Origin: Ruditapes philippinarum
Taxonomy: Eukaryota
DNA length: 63,501 nt
NCBI RefSeq assembly: GCF_026571515.1
Contig: NW_026865652.1
Coordinates: 1 to 63,501, forward strand
Direction: 5' to 3'
The position numbers and the translations under genes are program-made. Within the stretch, counting starts at the first letter, position 1. Each line of letters opens with the position of its first letter. This document shows positions 54,698-63,501 of this stretch, in pieces. Under the pieces are notes generated by a model. It had not been told where the DNA came from. It saw only the letters and a list, made by a program, of their open reading frames with translations, and searched no databases.

Positions 54698-57600
54698 GTA
54701 TTTATGAATTAATGAGACACTTTTAACAAATAATCGACATAATTTCTGTGTGTGTGTGTGTTTGGGTTTGTTTACCCTCGCCACCGGAAAGAGACCATAT
54801 GGGCGAGCATATACTTCATTTATAACCTTTAAAAAGGGGGAGCTGATGTTTAATTACTTATTGTTATATCCGTACATGTGTTTATGTGCATACCATATCC
54901 CCCATGACAGGGTAGTCTCTACGTACAACCTCTGCCATGGGAGGAAGATGGGGCAATCCCATACTAAGATTAAGAATTCTAAAAATTAAATTATTAAAAA
55001 GCACTTATTTTAAAATTGGCCAAGACGTTTATAGAAGTTACCGTCTTTTATAACAGGTCTATCTAATATTTAGTATAACTAAAAAATTTTAAAATATTAC
55101 CTATATTGTAGAGTTCGCAGACTTGCGAAGAAGGCATGTCAGGAACGTTTTCTGACCAATTCATTGTGGGCTGACTGTTGGTTTCTATTTAAATGTTATA
55201 AACCGTATACATTGGGATGCATATAATTAATTACATGTTTGTAATTAGCAGAGTTTGTTTTAAATTTTGTAATTTTTGTAAGTTCTACCGAACACCCGCT
55301 TTATAAAGTTAATTTTGATTGGTTTAGAGAGGATTGCCTCCTTTGTTCTCATTGGCCGAAAATTCTCTGTTTACAAAATAAGGAGGTCAATCCGGTTTTG
55401 TGGTAATTTGCAAATTTTCTTAATTTTCGGATTGACCTATATCGACAAGTTTGTCGCGCGAACGTGATAGAGATTTAGCAGGTGCCCGTTGCATCCAATG
55501 TATACGTGTTTTTACCAACTTTATTTCAAAATTAAAACAAATATGATAGTTAAAATGTGGTGGAAACGGCCTTATCTATTTATCACTGTCTCATGGTCTA
55601 TAAATTATTATGCATCTAGATATCACACATAATAATTAATCTTCTATTACTTAAACAATTCATAGAAGAATAAGAAAAAATCTAAGTCCCAAATATGGCT
55701 AATAATAATAACTTGGTTACCCATAATGTGATGAGATAGTCTTTATGTAACATATTTAAGAAAATCTCATGCTTGAGTGAACCCGTGATAAACGTATTGC
55801 TCCATATGGGGGCACGGTTCACGTTTACTAGTATTAAGGATACTAGTTTATATATACAGGAATAAAAAAAGATAGATAATAAATAACACGGGGCGGGGGG
55901 CAAAGGGATATATACAATATGGAGTCTTTTTTGACATTATGGGTAATCTGTAGCCAGCACCTCCCAATTTTGATAATAACCATGAGACTGTATGGTAAAA
56001 ATAGTCTAGTGCACAGCCTATTTAAGAAATTATTCAATTAAAATTACATAGCAATAAAATTACAAAATAAATAAATAAATAAACTTCTCAATAGCACCGT
56101 TTCACGACCACTTATTAGGGCCACTTTTTTAAAAATAAACACTTAAAATAGGTTTTGTACACTTTATACAATGGCTGTGCACTGGCTCAAAAATATATGG
56201 TCGAAACTTACATACAGTATCCTATACTGTAGTATATAACTTAGGCAACTACCTCTCGCGTAATGTTAATGTGTTCGCGTCTTAACCTAATACATCAAAA
56301 AGTTTTGTCTAGTTAGACTACCTTGTATTTATCTTGTAAAGTTTCATTTTACGGCATTGATTATATCTTAATACATTCATCTTTTTGCTGGAGAAAATGT
56401 GAGCTCGCGGACCACGCACTAATAAATCACTCAAACCTTTATCAGAATCGGATAGATGGACCAACCACCACATATAATGATGTTAAACGAGACGAAAAGT
56501 ACTTTAAATTTACGAAAATAAAGAGAATAAACCTTTTACTGTACACGATAATTGTGACCAATCATATTGTTGTATTTCTGTTAATTTCTGTTAATTTGAG
56601 AATACTTCAATTTCATTGGTTGTTGGAAAATACCATAGAAGAAAATATGATAAATTTCTTCGCGAATACCTTATTTTATGAGCCCATAATTTTATTGATG
56701 GGGACATATTTATAAAAGAAACCATTTTTCTACAATGTCCAGCATTATTATTTAATGAAAAAGTGTTTGGATTTGTCAGATCTTATTCATATTATAAGAT
56801 CTGATACCCCATTTTCTTCTTTTCGTGTTGGATAGAAAATGAGGTGAATTAACCTATTGGATACGTCAATTTGTACATTCGATAAATTTTTATTCTGATA
56901 TTGAAATAGCTTGAAAATTGTTTTCTACAATGTACGTTATATGTGTTAAATGACAAATTATTCCAAAGCATTATATCTGATCTATACAATCAGATCTGAT
57001 ATGTCATTTTCTTCTTTCGGTGTCCGAAAGATAGAAAATCTAAATTTGAAAATGTGATACAAAATGCTGTATATGTAGTAATTAATACATTAAAGGGCAA
57101 AATAGTCTATAGTTATAGATCTTGTATCACTATAAACTGAAATAACGTCAATTTTTAAATTAAATATTAACCATTTAGTCGAAAATCTACTTTATCGTTA
57201 TTTCATGCCGAACATGGGATTTGATACGTGCTCTCTCATTGGTTGAGAGCAATTGTCTCCTATGCGGCCATTGGTCCATTTACTATCCGATTCTGACTTA
57301 TGTAGAGCTTTTAGACCCTGACATAATTTCAATTTGACCAATTGTATGTCAACAAAATGTCATGAACTTAAAATGATCATACCACTAAAATACTGAAGTT
57401 AATCAATATCACTGCCTATAGCTTATATATGACATGTTACAGAACAATCCAACATATTTATGTTTCTTTCTCTACATAAAATTCAAATTATGAGTTCAAG
57501 AACATTTATTCATAAAATTATCTTCGGATTTGCATGATGCTGACATATGACCATAAAAATTTATTTCATTTGGAAAAGTTCCTTGCTTGAACCAAGGAAT

Positions 57601-58335
57601 TTATGAAAAATAACATCTTTGCCTGCAGTTTTCTGGATCCAAGTTTTTTTTATGGCAGTTTAAAGCACTTGAAATAGTTTGAGTCTGCTGATCAAAATAA
57701 TGTTGCCAGGTCTTGTCTACAGTGAAAATCCTATCTAAAATGTGACAACTTCAACACAATACTAGAGACTCAAAAACAAAAACAGGTTGGAACATTACTT
57801 CTTTTGCTTCAAAAGTTATGTTGTAGAAACTAATTGTTTACAGATGTACATTCTAACAAGACAGTACTTATGTGGCTATATTTTGTTCTTTTAAGCCATA
57901 CAAAGGAAAATAGCCACATAAAAGCATACAGAATGAATGGCATCAAAGGAAAAGCACATGCCAATGCTTTTGCGACTCTGTTAAAATGGTATTGCATGTT
58001 TGTGCATATACAAATGTATTTTTACAGAACAGAACAGAACAGAACATGAATTTTATTTTAGATTTGAGCATTTCGCTCCTCATCCATAACATAATTATAC
58101 ATTATTATGTCAAAGTCAAACAATATAATGATATAACACAATATTGAAAATGACAGTATCTGTGGTACAAATGACAAAAGAAGGTATAGAATATGTATTC
58201 AGTATCATTTAACGTGAAATTCTTAACGTACATGACAATAAATTGAGCATTTATTTATTTATTATATATTTATTAATTATTTATTGTAAAAGATTATGCC
58301 TAATTCTTAATGCACAATTTAGGAAACAAACTAAA

Positions 58336-61300
58336 TTATTCAACATTTTTTTCATTTCTGGTTGACAACAACTGGGTAAGTTTAAACATAGATGGTCTTT
58401 CATAATAATATTTATCAATGTAACGTTTTCTTATAAGTCTGTAGCAGGGACACACACAAATCATATGGAATTCATCCTCAATGTCTCTGGATTGACATAC
58501 ATTGCATGTTCTTTTGCCTCTTTCAATTCTATTTTGACCATATCGTCCGGTTTCAATCCTAAGGCAATGTGCAGATATCCTAAACTTGGTAATAGCTGAT
58601 CTATAATTTTTTCTACTTAAGATACTCAAATACTCAGCATATTCAATATGGTGCTTTAAATGTTTATATAAATGTAATACTTGATTGCTCTCTAAATCGC
58701 TACTCCAATTCTGTGTGAATGTATCAATCAGTCTTTGTCTGAACAGAGTTATAAAGTGGTTCACATTTACTGTTAACGGTGTTTCAAACACGTATCCAAA
58801 GCCATGTTCATATAATAACTTCTTTACTTTTGAAACCCAGTTAATCTTATTATTACATAAATCCTCTATAACAGTTCATATACTTTACTTATTATACAAT
58901 TATTAGAATTTGTGATCTTAAGAAAATACTTGACTATTTTAACATTTCTGTTTACATACAACGGATATCGTCCTAATTCTCCATATATAGCTACACTACT
59001 GGACGATAATTTTACATTTAGAATTCTTTTGCTAAATTTATCCTTACAGTGTCTTTTTTAAAGTAAATTCCCGATTTTTAAAAGAGTAACTTAAAATTGA
59101 GGAAACAAATGAATCAATTAAACTCAACATTGTCTTTGGTGTAAAATGAAAGTTCTTTGTATTAATTATTAAACAATTCATAGCTTTAAGCGCCTTGCCG
59201 ACGAACATCTGTGTATTATAGTTAAAATTGCCATTTGAGTCAAATACCACACCTAAATAGCTGAAATTGTTAACAATAGCTAAATTTGTGTCATTGTAAG
59301 TCCATTTTTCATTTTCACGCAACGGTCCACGCTTTCTAAAAACCATAACTTTGGTTTTTTCAATGTTAACGGTTAATCCCCATCGCCTACAGTATGTGAG
59401 CAAGTCATCTAAACTTTGTTGTAATCCTTCTACAGTGTCCGAAAATAGTACCATATCGTCTGCGTATAAAAACAGCACCAGAGTCAAATCATCAAATTTT
59501 AAGCCACTTTCTGGTCTCGAACCAATGTACAACTCTAGATCTTCAATAAACATAGACCACAATAACGGTGAACATATCTCTCCCTGTTTTAGGCCCACTG
59601 CTATTTCCATGAAGTCCGAGAATTCGTTTCCATGACGTACTCTACATTTCACTTGCTCATACATTGATCTTATGACCCTGAGCAATTTACCGTTTATTCC
59701 CAGTTTTGACATTTTGAACCACAATGCGTTCCGGTATACACTATCAAAACATTTTTGCATATCTATAAAGGTAGTGTAGAGGCGTGTACCATTATTTAAC
59801 ATGTGATTAACTATACTGTGTAGGCAAAATATCGCATCAGTGGTTGATAATCCTTTCTTAAATCCAAATTGTGAATCTGATATTATGTTATGTCTATCAC
59901 CCCAGTCTGACATTCTCTTATTTAATATTGATGTGAATATTTTCGACATAGAACTAACTAGTGTTATTCCCCTATAATTATCGACAATACTAGCATCTCC
60001 TTTTTTAAACACTGGTATAATGATTCCTTCCATCCATGCATTTGGAAAATGTCCAGTCGATAGTATAACATTGAAAATATCCCGTAGATGCCCGCATATG
60101 ATGTCACATGTTTCAATAAAATATTCATTTATGAGGTCATCACTCCCACCTGCCTTGCCTCGTTTCAAACAACTTAATTGCATGTCGCACTTCATCAATT
60201 GTAATTACAGAATCTAATTCGCGAAAATAGGGTCATCATAACAATATTGGTTATTGCAGTAATTCTCACTTTCTGGATCAGTAGTAGTGTTAATGCTATC
60301 TGATAAATTCCTAAAATAGTGACAGAATTCTTGCACAGATATGTTTTCGTTCAGTTGTGTTTTTTTTCTTTGAAAAATATTTCCAGAAATCGCACGGCCT
60401 TTTACTTTTAAGTGCTTCAATTTCTCGCATCTTTATAAGTTTACTCCTATTGCGCTTTACTTTTATCAAAGATTTATATTGTCTCTTTTTTAACATTAAC
60501 TGGTGTCTATTTTCATTTGTCTTCACTTCATTAAATAATCGTAATGCTTCCAAATACTCTAACTTTCTTTCTCTGCACGAGTCATCAAACCAATCTGATT
60601 TTTTCATCACTTTTGTAGTATCAAATTGTATATTTTGTTTTCGCATGGTTAATTCCTTGTGAAACAATGGCTTTGCCTCTTCGTTTATTATTTGTGCGAA
60701 TCTGTCAACCATTTCATTTACTTTGATGTTATCAAATACTTCCTCCTCTGAATAGCTTATTAAATTGTTTAATTCAGGCAATCTGCCAATCAATCTTCTT
60801 CTAAAAGTATCTCTTTTATCTGCAGACCATTTCGTTGACTGTAAAGATTTTAAATTGCTATCATCTCGTGTTATAGTGTTGATTGAAATAGTAAATTCTA
60901 TAATTGCATGGTCTGAAAATATATTAAAATCAGAAATATTAAACGTTTTAATATATTTAAAATTGCACTGTTTAGCAAGAAGGTAATCTATAACAGTACT
61001 CCCATTGTATCCACAATATGTATACGGTCCTGTCGATTCTAATCGACCGTTACATATTCTTAAACCGGTCGCTTTGCACATGTCTAATAACTGTAAACCG
61101 TAAGAATTAAACTGTGTATCCATAGACGTGCGATCAAGCGGGATGTCTGGCACGTAGTCATCTCCGTCCAAAATTGAGTTCATTCTGTCATATTCGATAA
61201 AATCCGGTTTAAGTCCAATTCGGCTATTCATATCTCCAGAAACCAATACCGTTCCTCGTTGACTAAAAAAGCTTATATCATTTTCTAAAATGTCAAATAA

Positions 61301-61705
61301 ATTTTGATTACATACATTATAAGCAGGCGAATCTTGTCCCCATATATAAGTGGCACATAGATATATGTCTTTATCTAACATAAAGAATGATTTATCCAGC
61401 TTTATCCATATGATTGTGTCAAAGTGATTTCTAATAATTGAAATTCCTTTCGCTATATAGTCTCTGTAAAACAACATAATACCACCACTACTTCGACGTG
61501 CATTTCTGTGTTGAAATTTGCGATAGAAATTGTGCGATGCATATCCTTTCAATTTTATATTACTATCTTTAGATGTCCATGATTCTAGAAGAAAAATAAT
61601 ATCATATTTAGATACTATATTACAGAAGTCTTCGTCCTCTTGTTTCTCTTTAGATAAGCCATTACAATTCCATACGGCAATCGAAACTACACCTTCTTGT
61701 AATTC
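58336..61705 (-). pseudogene. LINE ORF2 (APE-RT-CCHC-like) broken by several frameshifts
   Basis: WNCNG, LESW, GDMNSR, IDY, SDHA; NYRGITL, QFGFK, GLKQGEICSP, LYADD; RISAHCLRIETGRY...CNVC...EDEFH...CP spread across ORFs 60311, 60214, 59044 and 58336. Confidence 0.9.
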
Positions 61706-62781
61706 CTACGGTACCGTCCCATACGGACCATCTGTATACACTTTACCATCCACGATAAGTTTGTTATATTTGATATATGCTTCCTTTTTTGCCTCTCGAG
61801 CCCTTTTCATAATTGGAACAAGTAATTTCCTTTGTGAAACAACTTCCGGCGGATATTGATCATGCATGAATAGTCCAGATTCTCTAGGATTGACATTATC
61901 TTTGAATGATTTTACGTAGTTTTTTGTCTTAAGGTTGTTGAAAGTAACTAATACATTTTTTGGCTTACTTTGTCTTCGAACGCCAATTCGTCTAGCACTC
62001 TCTATTTCTAGTGTTGCCAAACTTTCCTCGGGGATCTTCAAATCGTCCTGAAAGTATTTTTTGACATTTCCAAGTGTCTGTTCGGCTGTTTCATCCTTTG
62101 ATTCTTTGATCCCACCAATGATCAAATTACACATCATAGACTTAGCTTGGATATCAATAATAGTCTCTTTTAATTTCTTATTTTCAGACTGTAAAATTGA
62201 TACCTGCTCTTTTGTTTTATCCAAATTAAAATCATGTAATTCCACCATGTCCTCCACGGAACTTAATTTATCCTCACTTTTAGCCACTCTTTTATCTAAA
62301 TCAGACCATAACTTATTGAGTTTATCATCCAGTTTTGTAACCTTTTCCTCCACCGATTCTAATTTATTGAGTCTAGTGTTCATTTCCTCAAATTTTCCAC
62401 TAATGAATTTCATCAATTCCTCATTTGTTACTTGTTTTATGCGTTGAAACTCATATGGAGATGTCGCTCCGACATTTTGTGTACATTCTTGCGTAAAATT
62501 CGTTGGCATAACAGACACAGGCGTTCGACACTGATTACTGTACGGTAGTTGTACATATTGCTGAGGGTTATAGTTCATCCCGTTATTGCCTTTAATCTGA
62601 TCCATAGTATAACAATCCGTATTGTTAGAATATATCTGATCATTCACCGAAATGTTTTCCGAGTTTAGTAACTGTAAATATGTACTATTCCCTTGTGAGC
62701 GATTTTCAGCTGTTAGTGTACTGGACAAAACCGTGTCGTCACAAGTTTTGACCTCTAACCTTCTAGAGTCTTTTGTTCCCC
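61706..62781 (-). CDS. LINE ORF1 (coiled coil plus L1-type RRM/CTD)
   Basis: Heptads, KSMMCNLIIGGIKE, IESARRIG, HDQYPPEV..QRK.L, YNKLIVDG; frame open up to the truncation point. Confidence 0.85.
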
Positions 62782-62892
62782 TATTTTACATGATGTCATT
62801 TGTGTCACACAACATAAGCTTAAAGATGTGCTAAATGTTTGCCTAACAATATAAGCACATCATTGAAAAAGAGATTCTTTTCACAGCATTCA

Positions 62893-63018
62893 TTACTAAA
62901 TTTATTGAACTCAATTAATAAAGTAATATTGTGCTCGCTAAAGGCTCGCATAATATAATCTTATTAAACTCATTCAATAAATTCAGCATTAAATCTACAC
63001 TCATTCAATAACCTCTAT
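62893..63018 (-). mobile_element. Partial diverged copy of the 351-bp hairpin element
   Basis: GCTCGCTAAAGGCTCGCATAATATAA...CACTCATTCAATAACCTCTAT. Confidence 0.7.
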
Positions 63019-63169
63019 TTCTAAATGTTTAAGAAAACAAACATTTTCAAACTTGCATTATTTTATTTGAGGACCATACTACATTTTTCATGGAAAGGCA
63101 AACTCATACAAGTTTCAAGTTTATTGTAATGTAATGTAACATACATGTCACATTGAAGGTTCCATGGAT

Positions 63170-63420
63170 TTTTTTTTCTTGGTTTTTACATAACCCTCGA
63201 ACTGCAAAGGTCATATGGCAACTTTCTAGCTTAACTGCTGGAGGAAGACCTTTGGTGCCCTTCCTTGCTTTACTTCAGGCACAAATGGGCACCTCGGTAA
63301 ACCACTAACATTATGTAGACTAGCTGAACAGCTTTCTCACATGAAAGAATTCAAATTCCCCAGCAGGGTTAGTAACCACAGCAGAGAGGGCAAACAGTTT
63401 GACCTTAACAGCCTTATTGC
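63170..63420 (-). mobile_element. Meta-type SINE, decayed
   Basis: GGTCATATGGCAACTTT...GGAGGAAGACC...GGTGCCC...GGGCACCT...CTCACATGAAAGAAT. Confidence 0.65.
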
Positions 63421-63501
63421 CAAATGAAAACATCTAAGATGTTTCTAAATCCACAATTTTGCCATATTCATATCTAAATGTTGTATTTTGCTTAACCAGA
63501 G

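Larger units (their letters stand above)
58027..62781 (-). mobile_element. RTE-X-like LINE 2 (5'-truncated within ORF1; ORF2 frameshifted)
   Basis: ORF1 and ORF2 fragments; AATAAA then a (TTCTG)n tail; approximate TSD TATTTT(T)ACA at 58017-58026 and 62782-62790. Confidence 0.9.

Overview
AT-rich eukaryotic genomic DNA with spliceosomal introns; the SINE/MITE content points to a mollusc, probably a bivalve (inference). Host genes: a tandem array of three TMEM26-family paralogues (+), a tRNA-Gly(CCC) (-), an unidentified multi-exon gene with an in-frame 48-bp repeat (+), the last eight coding exons of RINT1 (-), and a six-finger C2H2 repressor-like gene that appears to sit on the same strand inside a long RINT1 intron. 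The rest is mostly transposon: two divergent RTE-X-like LINEs, two young 5'-truncated CR1/L2-group LINEs plus decayed fragments, a 3.08-kb long-TIR DNA element with a 5-bp TSD, Sola-type and fold-back MITEs, a Helentron-like (HINE) candidate and Meta/CORE-type SINEs. Two signals stand out. (1) Both RTE-X-like LINEs have ORF1 and ORF2 in one frame, separated by a single TAG followed by GAA, with no in-frame ATG before the endonuclease motifs. This suggests Gag-Pol-style stop-codon readthrough or non-AUG reinitiation. (2) A 351-bp hairpin element family has a head-to-tail junction core (TCTATTTATCAC) repeated internally in inverted orientation and inserts into look-alike cores, suggesting tyrosine-recombinase (Crypton/DIRS-like) mobility. 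All coordinates and alignments were read by eye; family names are from recalled motifs, not database searches.
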